From the NCBI GenBank assembly GCA_020160975.1, contig JAIUPJ010000001.1, forward strand, positions 750,001 to 782,000: a DNA stretch of 32,000 bases, read 5' to 3'. Positions 18,145-26,281 of the stretch are shown here, one piece after another; position 1 is the stretch's first letter; every line of letters begins with the position of its first letter. Position numbers and translations under genes: made by a program. The stretch comes from Candidatus Saccharimonadota bacterium (GTDB lineage Bacteria; Patescibacteriota; Saccharimonadia; Saccharimonadales; Saccharimonadaceae). A model generated the notes under the pieces. It had not been told where the DNA came from, did no database searches, and worked only from the letters and a program-made list of their open reading frames with translations.

Positions 18145-18163
18145 AGGAGAAAAGAGGACGACC

Positions 18164-18946
18164 ATGATACTTATCGACACGCACTGTCACGTGCACGATA
18201 GTGAATTTTATCCTGACAATAAAGAGCATGCGTATCGGCAGGCTCGCGATGCGGGAGTTGTGATGATTTGCGTGGGAACAGACGTCCGCTCGTCCATCGA
18301 GGCAGTAGAATTCGCGCGCACTCATGAGGGTTGCTACGCTATTGTTGGGATTCATCCGCATGAGGCAAAAGATAGCGATGTCGCTGAAATCCGTGAATTG
18401 CTTCAGCATGAGCAACGCAGAACGCAGAACCGAGATCCCAGAACAATCATTGGCATCGGCGAGATCGGCCTCGATTATTTCTACGACCACAGCCCGCAGG
18501 ATATCCAGCAGCAAGTATTGCGCCAACAATTACAACTCGCTGTGGAGTTTGCTTTGCCCGTTAGTTTTCATATCCGTGAAGCATTTGTGGATTTTTGGCC
18601 GATTTTCGACGAATTTCCCGATGTAAAAGGCGTGATGCATAGTTTTACTGATACGCGAGCCAATCTTAAGCAGGCTATGAAGCGAGGGTTGCTGGTGGGT
18701 ATCAACGGGATCTCGACGTTTACAAAGGATGAATCGCAACAGACCATGTTTCGGGACTTACCTCTGCAGCATATCCTTCTCGAAACTGACGCTCCATTCT
18801 TGACTCCAAAGCCTTTTCGTGGTAAAATGAATGTACCAGCGTATGTAGCTGTCATTGCCGAGCATCAGGCCGCCCTCAAAGGTATCACTAAAGAGGAGGT
18901 TGCGCGGGTGACAACCGCAAATGCACAAGAGTTATTTGGGATTTAA
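18164..18946 (+). CDS. TatD family metal-dependent hydrolase/DNase
   Basis: MILIDTHCHVHD, GEIGLDYFY, SFHIREA, MHSFTD, LETDAPFLTP. Strong SD GAGGAGAAAAGAGGA upstream. The ORF-track start 18050 lies inside metG. Confidence 0.9.
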   Translation: MILIDTHCHVHDSEFYPDNKEHAYRQARDAGVVMICVGTDVRSSIEAVEFARTHEGCYAIVGIHPHEAKDSDVAEIRELLQHEQRRTQNRDPRTIIGIGEIGLDYFYDHSPQDIQQQVLRQQLQLAVEFALPVSFHIREAFVDFWPIFDEFPDVKGVMHSFTDTRANLKQAMKRGLLVGINGISTFTKDESQQTMFRDLPLQHILLETDAPFLTPKPFRGKMNVPAYVAVIAEHQAALKGITKEEVARVTTANAQELFGI

Positions 18947-18948
18947 GC

Positions 18949-19305
18949 ATGGATACCACCACTAACCGCGAAAATTTTCATATTCCCCAGCAGTCGACAG
19001 AACCAGCTGAGCACTTGCTCGCGACCGGACTAGACGAGATCTCTCGGATGCACCAGGAAGCCTACGACGTTGCAACACCTAGCGGGGTTATTGATCCAAC
19101 AAATCCTGAAGAGATCGATCAGGGGCGCATCGAGCAGGATACACGACGCGGCAGTCGGGTGATTGATTTGGCCACAGAACGTTCACGGCGTCGTTCTGAG
19201 AAAGTAGACGTGCCGGAAACTACTCCGGCAGATATGTTACAGATTGGCGATTTGCTGCAGTGGATGGAAGCGCAAGAATTAAAAATCCCCCGGGAGGCTG
19301 CGTAG
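18949..19305 (+). CDS. Hypothetical acidic protein (118 aa)
   Basis: The ATG is 2 nt after the tatD stop. No recognisable motif and no TM. Confidence 0.5.
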   Translation: MDTTTNRENFHIPQQSTEPAEHLLATGLDEISRMHQEAYDVATPSGVIDPTNPEEIDQGRIEQDTRRGSRVIDLATERSRRRSEKVDVPETTPADMLQIGDLLQWMEAQELKIPREAA

Positions 19306-19310
19306 TCCTC

Positions 19311-19751
19311 ATGTCATCAATTCTCAAAAAAGCACTCTTTCTCCTAACTGGCGACGATGTGTCGCTTGATTTTTTGAAGACACCCTCTAAGAAACGTCCG
19401 CTGCGTACCCTGACTGAGCGCGAGCTATTGACACTCGAGAGTGAAATTGGCGGACAGTTATTTGGGCCGGTTCCCGATGGGTATCGCCGTGAGTTCTTTT
19501 GTCTCGACCGTGATACCTGGATTTGGTACGAAGAAGGAGTCGACAAGGACAACAAAAAGCAGACCACAACCATTCGCTACGAAGTGAGCCCGACACAGGT
19601 GCTCAAAATCCAAGAAGGTGGCCGCTATAGCTATGTTGAGGGAGACGAACTGCGCAACTTTGGTTTGGCAGTGCGACTTTACTACGAACAAGTAGCGCGC
19701 AAGGTGTACCGACGCGACCCTGCAACTGGGCATAAACTTCAAGCGGGGTGA
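19311..19751 (+). CDS. Hypothetical protein (146 aa)
   Basis: MSSILKKALFLL... GGGAGG lies 13 nt upstream. No recognisable motif (DTWIWYEEG, TTIRYEVSP). The ORF-track start 19260 overlaps the previous gene. Confidence 0.55.
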   Translation: MSSILKKALFLLTGDDVSLDFLKTPSKKRPLRTLTERELLTLESEIGGQLFGPVPDGYRREFFCLDRDTWIWYEEGVDKDNKKQTTTIRYEVSPTQVLKIQEGGRYSYVEGDELRNFGLAVRLYYEQVARKVYRRDPATGHKLQAG

Positions 19752-19851
19752 TATCCTCCGATGCTGAAGGGTGGTGAGGCGCCCATGGTTGCTTGTAGCG
19801 TCACTGTCGAATAGCGGATCGGTGTTACGGGTATAGAAATGTCGTCTAAGG

Positions 19852-19857
19852 TATAAT
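19852..19857 (+). promoter_or_regulatory. -10 box TATAAT upstream of or overlapping the cysteine desulfurase start
   Basis: TATAAT 19852-19857 overlaps the ORF-track ATG 19856. In-frame GTG 19865 lies 7 nt downstream and gives MKKPELLYLDHAAATP. Confidence 0.4.
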
Positions 19858-21022
19858 GATGAATGTGAAAAAACCTGAACTACTATATCTTGACCATGCG
19901 GCAGCGACGCCCATGGACGAGCACGTGCTGGCGGCGATGCAACCGTTTTTTCAGGATGAGTTTTTTAATCCTTCAAGTCCCTATGCACCGGCCGTGCAAG
20001 CGCGCCGTGCGTATGATGATGCCAAGCACCGTCTTGCGGTAGCAATTGGCGGCAAGGCCGATGAGGTTATTGTCACGGCGGGAGCGACTGAGTCAATCAA
20101 TCTTGTATTTGCTGGAATAACAGGCCATGTAGTGGTCTCGGCGGTAGAGCACCCAGCGGTGCTAGAGGCTGCTCGGCGTCATGAGCATACGATTGTACCA
20201 GTGGACGCAAAGGGCAGCGTGTTGTCAGAAGCGGTTGCAGGAGCGATTCGCCCAGACACTGTGCTGGTCAGTATTCAACTTGCCAACAACGAGCTCGGCA
20301 CCATTCAGCCGCTGCGTGAAATTGCTACGGTCGTAAAGGCGGAACGACAGCGACGTGCGGAGGGGGGCGAGGCCACACCGATCTACTTGCATAGTGACGC
20401 CTCGCAGGGCGCTGGGCAGATCGACATCCATGTAGCCCGTCTTGGGGTAGACGCGCTGACACTCAATGCTGGCAAAATGTATGGGCCAAAGCAAGTCGGA
20501 CTGTTATGGGCGGCGAGTCATGTGACACTATCACCGTTGATTGTCGGTGGTGGTCAAGAGCGAGGACTACGAAGTGGGACGGAGAATGTGGCAGGGGCTG
20601 TCGGCTTTGCGGTGGCGCTCGAGCGAGCATCGCGCCACGCTGCCGGCGAAGCCAGACGGCTGGCGCAACTCAGGGATACACTGCAGCGTGAACTACTCGC
20701 GGCGTTTCCTGAGGCAGTGGTATCGGGCAATCAAAAAAAGCGATTGGCCGGCCATTTGCACATTTCATTTCCTGGCATTGATGCCGAGCGGTTAGTGTTT
20801 TTGTTGGAAGCAAAAAGAGTGCTGGTAGCGACAGGAAGTGCTTGTGCCGCCAACAAAAATACCCGCAGCCATGTTCTCGAAGCAATCGGGCTATCGCCAG
20901 AGGCGGCAGACGGCAGTCTGCGCATTACATTAGGACGGTTATCGAACGAAGCAACTAGTGCGCAGGCGCTTGCTATAATAGTGGATATGGTAAGATTCGA
21001 GCAGCAGAGGATGAAAAAGTGA
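19856..21022 (+). CDS. Cysteine desulfurase (class V aminotransferase, NifS/IscS-like)
   Basis: LYLDHAAATP, the PLP-lysine region NAGKMYGPKQVG, SGTENVAG, and the catalytic-loop cysteine ATGSACA. The start may be GTG 19865. Confidence 0.9.
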   Translation: MMNVKKPELLYLDHAAATPMDEHVLAAMQPFFQDEFFNPSSPYAPAVQARRAYDDAKHRLAVAIGGKADEVIVTAGATESINLVFAGITGHVVVSAVEHPAVLEAARRHEHTIVPVDAKGSVLSEAVAGAIRPDTVLVSIQLANNELGTIQPLREIATVVKAERQRRAEGGEATPIYLHSDASQGAGQIDIHVARLGVDALTLNAGKMYGPKQVGLLWAASHVTLSPLIVGGGQERGLRSGTENVAGAVGFAVALERASRHAAGEARRLAQLRDTLQRELLAAFPEAVVSGNQKKRLAGHLHISFPGIDAERLVFLLEAKRVLVATGSACAANKNTRSHVLEAIGLSPEAADGSLRITLGRLSNEATSAQALAIIVDMVRFEQQRMKK

Positions 21023-21636
21023 AAGTACTAAAAATCGGCATCGTGGTTGCTTTGTTGTTTGCCTGCATCGTGTGGGCGATTAGCTCATTTCTTGGGCCAG
21101 ACGACCTCAGCGCCTGTGGTGAGCGACCGGATCCATCGAAGATCGCGTGCATCCAGGCCGATGCCATTGTAGCGGTCAGTGGCGGCGATACAGCGGCGCG
21201 AGCTGACGAAGCGATCAAACTCTATCAAAACGGTTGGGCGTCGACACTGATTTTTTCTGGTGCGGCAGCGGATACGACCGGCCCCAGCAATGCGGAGGTG
21301 ATGAAGCAGCGAGCGATCGATGCAGGTATTGACCCAAACACGATTATTATCGAGACGCAAAGTCAAAATACTTCTGAGAATGCTGCTGAAACGATTTCGA
21401 TTTTTGAGAAACAAGGTATCAAGTCGGCGATTATAGTGACTTCTGCGTATCACGAGCGGCGAGCCAGCCTCGAATTCGAGCGACGCGCCCACGGTGTTAG
21501 TGTTCGTCGCCACCCAGTAGCTGAGGACAAGCAATGGAATGGATGGTGGTGGGCAACGCCAAGTGGTTGGGTGCTGGCGATTCCTGAGACCGTCGCATCG
21601 TTGATTTTGTCGACAGGTGGTATTGCCGAGAGATGA
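21019..21636 (+). CDS. Membrane-anchored DUF218 (YdcF/SanA/ElyC) family protein
   Basis: The GTG start overlaps the upstream stop (GTGA). N-terminal TM IGIVVALLFACIVWAISSFL. DUF218-like ADAIVAVSGGD...LIFSGAAAD...TSENA...IIVTSAYHERRA. Confidence 0.75.
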   Translation: MKVLKIGIVVALLFACIVWAISSFLGPDDLSACGERPDPSKIACIQADAIVAVSGGDTAARADEAIKLYQNGWASTLIFSGAAADTTGPSNAEVMKQRAIDAGIDPNTIIIETQSQNTSENAAETISIFEKQGIKSAIIVTSAYHERRASLEFERRAHGVSVRRHPVAEDKQWNGWWWATPSGWVLAIPETVASLILSTGGIAER

Positions 21637-22751
21637 CACGCATCTATGTTGGTATGAGCGGGGGGGTCGATAGCTCGCTCGCGGCAGCGCTGTTGCTAGA
21701 GCGTGGTTTTGAAGTAACTGGGATATACATGAAAAACTGGAGCCAAGATTTGCCAGGGATGAAATGTCCGTGGGCAGAGGACTTAGCTGATGCAAAGCGA
21801 GTAGCGGTGCAACTCGGCATCGACTTCAAAGTTTTTGATTTTGAGAAAGAATACAAACACTATGTCGTTGACTATATGGTAGAGGAATACAAGGCTGGCC
21901 GTACACCAAATCCCGATATCATGTGTAATCAGGAAGTGAAGTTTAAGCTGTTCTTAGCGGCTGCGCTTGCGGACGGCGCTGATGCAATTGCCACCGGACA
22001 TTATGCAAGGGTTCGTTGCGAGGAGTCTAGGTGCGCTATTCATCATTACCCCGTATCTTCTCGTGGCGCAGAAGACGGGGTTGATGATTCTACCGCACAA
22101 TGCACCAAGGCTTTCCTGTGTGTTGCCGAAGATCACGATAAAGATCAGACCTATTTTCTTTATCGTGTTACCGGTGAAGCGCTGGCAACTACTCTTTTTC
22201 CGCTCGGTGACTACACCAAGCAGCAGGTACGGGAAATGGCCACTGAACGGGGACTTTGGACGGCTGACAAAAAAGAATCGATGGGCGTGTGTTTTGTAGG
22301 GAGTGTCGGCATGCGTGACTTTCTTGGTCAGTATGTAAAAACCCGTCCCGGTGATATCATCGACAAAGCAACCGGTAGCACGCTTGGTCGGCATGACGGT
22401 GCGATCTTCTATACGCTTGGACAACGTCATGGACTCGATATCGGCGGCGGCTTGCCGTATTATGTAGTTGGCAAAGACATGGCAAAAAATGAAGTCTATG
22501 TCAGTACAAACCTCAACGATACGGCAATGTGGCGTCGTGAGCTTACTTTGGGGCAGTTGCAGTGGATCGATCATGTACCGAGCGATTCTGCCGGATTGAC
22601 GGTTCGCCTGAGGCATCGAGGTGCGCTGTTGCCGTGCATCCTTAGCGGTACTGTTGTCAAGCTCGAAGAGCCTGAGCGAGCGCCAACTGCAGGACAATCG
22701 GCAGTGTTTTATCTTCATGGCAATTGTCTGGGTGGCGGTATTGTAGCGTAG
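21633..22751 (+). CDS. mnmA: tRNA-specific 2-thiouridylase MnmA
   Basis: PP-loop GMSGGVDSS, catalytic Cys in NPDIMCNQEVKF, KDQTYFLY, second Cys in ESMGVCFVG. The ATGA overlaps the upstream gene. Confidence 0.93.
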   Translation: MTRIYVGMSGGVDSSLAAALLLERGFEVTGIYMKNWSQDLPGMKCPWAEDLADAKRVAVQLGIDFKVFDFEKEYKHYVVDYMVEEYKAGRTPNPDIMCNQEVKFKLFLAAALADGADAIATGHYARVRCEESRCAIHHYPVSSRGAEDGVDDSTAQCTKAFLCVAEDHDKDQTYFLYRVTGEALATTLFPLGDYTKQQVREMATERGLWTADKKESMGVCFVGSVGMRDFLGQYVKTRPGDIIDKATGSTLGRHDGAIFYTLGQRHGLDIGGGLPYYVVGKDMAKNEVYVSTNLNDTAMWRRELTLGQLQWIDHVPSDSAGLTVRLRHRGALLPCILSGTVVKLEEPERAPTAGQSAVFYLHGNCLGGGIVA

Positions 22752-22818
22752 ATTCCCTCAGTCCTCATGACAGCACAATAGCGCTTATGGTATTATTGTC
22801 GCAAGAGACTCTTTTTCT

Positions 22819-24246
22819 ATGCCGCAGCCTTTTACGATTCAGCTCCCTATAAAACACGTCCAGCTTGGCGTGCGCTTGACGCAGGTTATTATTGCCCTCG
22901 CTTCTGGGATCACCGTGATCGGCATGATCGTATTGGCCGTCGCAACCTTCATGATGAGCGACAGCAAGTTCAGGGCTGACCATGGGATCGACAATGCATC
23001 ATCTTCATTCGCAAGCACACCCCAACAGTCAACGGCGCAACTAGCTTCACAAACATCTTCCGGCGAGATGGCAATCGTACCCACGGTGCGGGTTGTCGCC
23101 GAAAAGCAAGAGATAACAGTGGGCGAGAAAGCACAGTTGAGCTGGGAAGCAACTGACGACCCCTCGCTTTGTATAGCAAGCGACGACTGGTCGGGTGATA
23201 AGCAGAGCAAGGGGAATGAAGATGTTGGTCCGCTCGATAAGGCACAGAACTACATTTTTACCCTGACCTGCTCAACCAAGTCAGGAACCGGCTTTGGGGC
23301 TACTAGTGTGGCGGTGAAGTCAGCGGCAGAGGCTACGCCAACAACACCAGAAGTACCCACCACACCAAACACCGGTTCAGGTAATGCTGCTCAACGACCG
23401 AAGGTGACATTCTCAGTGAGCCCAACCAGTGTAAAGGTTGGTGCAGCCGCAACATTACGCTGGAGCGTTGCAAATAATCCCACCGGATGCACAGCGGGAG
23501 ACTCATGGTCGGGCGGCAAAGCGGCGAGTGGCTCGCAAAGTACCGGAAACTTCGGCACTGCAGGCACACGAACCTACTCACTCACTTGCATAAACGGAGC
23601 CGGCTCAGAGACCGCTCGTGTGTCGGTGAATGTGACGGCTAATGCACCCGTCGTGCCGGCACCCGTTGTCTCACTCTCGATTTCACCAACCGCTATCACT
23701 GCAGGATCCGCCGCAACACTGTCTTGGAGCGTAGCCAACAATCCGTCTGTTTGTACGGCAAGCGGCGCTTGGTCGGGCGGCAAAGCAGCGAGTGGCTCGC
23801 AGAGTGTCAGCCAGGCTGGTTCAGGTACCTTCACCTACACGCTATCGTGCAGCAATAGTGGTGGTTCGGGTGCGCGATCAGTCACGCTGACGGTTAACCC
23901 TGCACCGATTTACTGCGGAGGAAAACCAGGCTGCTATGGCCGCAGCGCGCTCGCCGCCCACGCCACGCCCGGTAACTGCTGGTCATGGAATGGCGACTGG
24001 GTGATCAATCTCTCTAGCTATGCGCCAGTGCACAAGGGCGGTGCAAGCGCGGGCTCGCTTGAAAGTAGCGCGGCCACCTGCAATCATGACATGAATGCTA
24101 TTTTGAGAGGCGCCGCGGGTATTTCAGGGTACCGAGATAAGCGCGGTAATGCAGTGTTCACTCACAAACCAGAAACCTACAGTAACTCAGGCGCTAGCGC
24201 ACTAGCAGGCTATCGAGTCGGGTACTATGATCCAGCGAAACCATAA
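22819..24246 (+). CDS. Membrane-anchored extracytoplasmic protein: 3 tandem Cys-pair Ig-like repeats + cytochrome-b5-like C-terminal domain
   Basis: 475 aa. N-terminal TM (aa 22-45), a PT-rich linker, and three ~80-aa repeats, each with LxWS...C.A...WSG.K...G...Y.L.C. C-terminal 115 aa reads ALAAHATPGNCWSWNGDWVINLSSYAPVHKGGAS...LAGYRVGYY. Extended -10 TGGTATTAT at 22788-22796. Confidence 0.7.
   Translation: MPQPFTIQLPIKHVQLGVRLTQVIIALASGITVIGMIVLAVATFMMSDSKFRADHGIDNASSSFASTPQQSTAQLASQTSSGEMAIVPTVRVVAEKQEITVGEKAQLSWEATDDPSLCIASDDWSGDKQSKGNEDVGPLDKAQNYIFTLTCSTKSGTGFGATSVAVKSAAEATPTTPEVPTTPNTGSGNAAQRPKVTFSVSPTSVKVGAAATLRWSVANNPTGCTAGDSWSGGKAASGSQSTGNFGTAGTRTYSLTCINGAGSETARVSVNVTANAPVVPAPVVSLSISPTAITAGSAATLSWSVANNPSVCTASGAWSGGKAASGSQSVSQAGSGTFTYTLSCSNSGGSGARSVTLTVNPAPIYCGGKPGCYGRSALAAHATPGNCWSWNGDWVINLSSYAPVHKGGASAGSLESSAATCNHDMNAILRGAAGISGYRDKRGNAVFTHKPETYSNSGASALAGYRVGYYDPAKP
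23080..23898 (+). repeat. Three tandem coding repeats (~80 aa each) inside the 22819-24246 gene
   Basis: R1 is 23080-23322, R2 is 23401-23640, R3 is 23665-23898. R2 and R3 are offset by 264 nt and share a 36-nt core with 2 mismatches (23506-23541 vs 23770-23805). Confidence 0.85.
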
Positions 24247-24262
24247 CAATGAAGGGAAGCAT

Positions 24263-24850
24263 ATGAAAACAGGACGTAAACACAACCTACTGCGCTGGCG
24301 ACGTCCATCGGTCAGTGAGCGATTTGAGCGTTTTCGCCACGAGCACAGTCTCGTGTTTGCGGCATTTGTACTGGCGTTGACTGCTTTGGTAGTGGTCAAT
24401 ACACTCTTTATGGTTCATACGTTGCGGCGTGAACAAAACGTGCAGCCAGTGGTGTATTCGCGTATCTCAACTTCGTTGCAACTAGCGTCGAATGGTGCGC
24501 TTCAGGCGCAGGTACGAAATGTCGCCACCGAACTGTCTGATGATTTATTTCAAGTCAGCGACATCCAAGCGGTGTTGATCATGGACATCACTATCAAAAA
24601 TACCACGACGCGCACACAGCAATTCATTCCAGTCAATCAACTATATGTTCGCAGTGAAGATGGCACCCACAGTGCGCTTCACATGTCCTCTCATGCACCC
24701 AAACCAATCCCCGCCTCTGAACTAAAACCTGGCCAGAGTGTCAGCGGTCAGCTCAGCTTTGTGATTCCTCGGTCTGCCGAGAGGCCCTTGCTCTATATTG
24801 ATACCGGCTGGGATAATTCAACGCCACTCGTCGTCGACGTACTTCACTAG
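24263..24850 (+). CDS. Membrane-anchored protein with a DUF4352-like extracytoplasmic beta-sandwich domain
   Basis: MKTGRKHNLLRWRR..., TM LVFAAFVLALTALVVVNTLFMV, then VLIMDITIKNTTTRTQQFIPVNQLYVRSEDG...LKPGQSVSGQLSFVIP (DUF4352-like pattern). SD GAAGGGAAG. The ORF-track start 24227 overlaps the upstream gene. Confidence 0.6.
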   Translation: MKTGRKHNLLRWRRPSVSERFERFRHEHSLVFAAFVLALTALVVVNTLFMVHTLRREQNVQPVVYSRISTSLQLASNGALQAQVRNVATELSDDLFQVSDIQAVLIMDITIKNTTTRTQQFIPVNQLYVRSEDGTHSALHMSSHAPKPIPASELKPGQSVSGQLSFVIPRSAERPLLYIDTGWDNSTPLVVDVLH

Positions 24851-24867
24851 GGAGAAGCGCAGGCATC

Positions 24868-26268
24868 ATGAGCAGCAAGCCAACCCATATGACAATCGGT
24901 CTTCGTACTGAGCGTTTATTTGGATGGGGTGTAATCATTGTTTTGACGCTGATTCCTGTCGTGTTGTGGTGGCGACTGCAGTCGACCAATCCATTTGGCT
25001 CACCCAGTCTTCTCCTCGAGAGCGGTGGGCTCATCACTGGCATTGTTGGCGTGGTGCTGTATAGTATCAGCCTGGTGCTGATGACGCGGTTGCGGCTCCT
25101 TGAAAATGTATTTGGCGGGTTGAACCGTGTCTACATTGCACATCATATCGTCGGCGGGCTGTCGCTGATTTTCTCTCTGCTTCATCCGCTTGGCCTGGCG
25201 CTCAGCATGGCGCTCAGTAGTATGAAAGCCGCCGCACTGTTGCTTTTGCCACACGATCTTTTGCCAATTGCGGCATTGTTTGACCAGTCGAATCAATACC
25301 ATGTGCTCGTGCTCCAGCAATGGGCAACCACACTAGGGATCGTGGGGTTGTGGCTCATGGTGGGGCTACTCATCATCACTATTTTCATCAAATTACCGTA
25401 CCGAATCTGGTTGATATCACACAAATTGATGGGGGCAGTGTTCTTGTTGATCGGGCTGCACATCGTCTATATTCAGAGCGATACCAGCGATGACCCATGG
25501 CTCAAGTGGTACTTAGTGGCGTGGCTTATCATTGGTCTGCTTGCGTTTGTCTACAAGACGATTATGGGCCAGATTGTCATTCGTAAATATCGGTTTGTGA
25601 TCAATAACGTTGTCGACCTGGGCGGTGGCATCGTGCGGCTGTATCTCTCTCCCACGAAGAAAGTGTTTAATTATCGACCGGGTCAATTTGTGTTTATGCG
25701 CCTGCTTCACGTGTCGGGGATGAGCCGCGAGTGGCACCCGTATTCGATTAGCTCCTGTCAGTCGGCTGGTGAGGGATTGGAACTTTCTATCAAGGCGCTC
25801 GGCGATTACACGGCAAAACTCGCCATGGTGCAACCCGGTGCGATTGCTGAGCTCGAAGGCGCCTATGGTAAATTTACCTACACAAATTATGCCAACCGAG
25901 ACCAGGTGTGGGTAGCTGGTGGCATTGGAATTACACCGTTTCTATCTATGGTCAAAGAGCTACCGGCGACAGGCTACCGTGTCTATTTGTTTTATTCGGT
26001 AAAAACTCGCAGTGAGGTTATCGACTGGCAGTTGCTGTATGGCACAATGCTAGCAAAAAACAACAGTCTGCGTGTGATTCCGTTTATCGCCGACGAACAG
26101 CCGGCGCTTATGAGCGTGGACTATATCGAGCAGGTTTGCGGCGATATTACCGGGCGAGATTTTTATCTCTGTGGGCCACCACCGATGATGAGCGCGCTCA
26201 AACGTCAACTGAAAACACGTGGTATTTCGTCTACTAGCATCCATAGTGAAGAGTTTTCAATGTCATGA
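24868..26268 (+). CDS. NOX/FRE-family transmembrane flavocytochrome (ferric reductase TM domain + FAD-binding + NAD(P)H-binding domains)
   Basis: 466 aa. Multiple N-terminal hydrophobic helices (about six). His pairs H92/H106 (14 apart) and H185/H198 (13 apart) match the bis-heme spacing of NOX2 (H101/H115, H209/H222). FAD motif RPGQFVFM...HPYSIS. NAD(P)H motifs GGIGITPF and YLCGPPPM. SD GGGAGAAG. Confidence 0.88.
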   Translation: MSSKPTHMTIGLRTERLFGWGVIIVLTLIPVVLWWRLQSTNPFGSPSLLLESGGLITGIVGVVLYSISLVLMTRLRLLENVFGGLNRVYIAHHIVGGLSLIFSLLHPLGLALSMALSSMKAAALLLLPHDLLPIAALFDQSNQYHVLVLQQWATTLGIVGLWLMVGLLIITIFIKLPYRIWLISHKLMGAVFLLIGLHIVYIQSDTSDDPWLKWYLVAWLIIGLLAFVYKTIMGQIVIRKYRFVINNVVDLGGGIVRLYLSPTKKVFNYRPGQFVFMRLLHVSGMSREWHPYSISSCQSAGEGLELSIKALGDYTAKLAMVQPGAIAELEGAYGKFTYTNYANRDQVWVAGGIGITPFLSMVKELPATGYRVYLFYSVKTRSEVIDWQLLYGTMLAKNNSLRVIPFIADEQPALMSVDYIEQVCGDITGRDFYLCGPPPMMSALKRQLKTRGISSTSIHSEEFSMS

Positions 26269-26281
26269 GAAGGAGGAAAGC

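Noticed and set aside
21085-22718. Long minus-strand ORFs (21085-21795, 236 aa; 21954-22718, 254 aa). Similar cases occur at 12708-13295, 26915-27529, 31288-31983 and 3095-3616.
   Set aside because: Each lies antisense to a + strand gene with unmistakable conserved motifs (DUF218/MnmA, UvrD, AlaRS, the post-ftsA gene, ABC ATPase/permease). Their translations are low-complexity, Arg/Ser/Cys-rich and motif-free, as expected for shadow ORFs.
22765-22983. 72-aa minus-strand ORF in the mnmA / repeat-protein junction.
   Set aside because: It overlaps the 5' end, including the TM-anchor codons, of the + strand gene. It has no SD or promoter and its composition is shadow-like.
23401-23898. 264-nt periodicity that could be mistaken for an array-like repeat or CRISPR.
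   Set aside because: The period is far too long. The units are in-frame protein domains within one ORF and there are no short conserved direct repeats with unique spacers.
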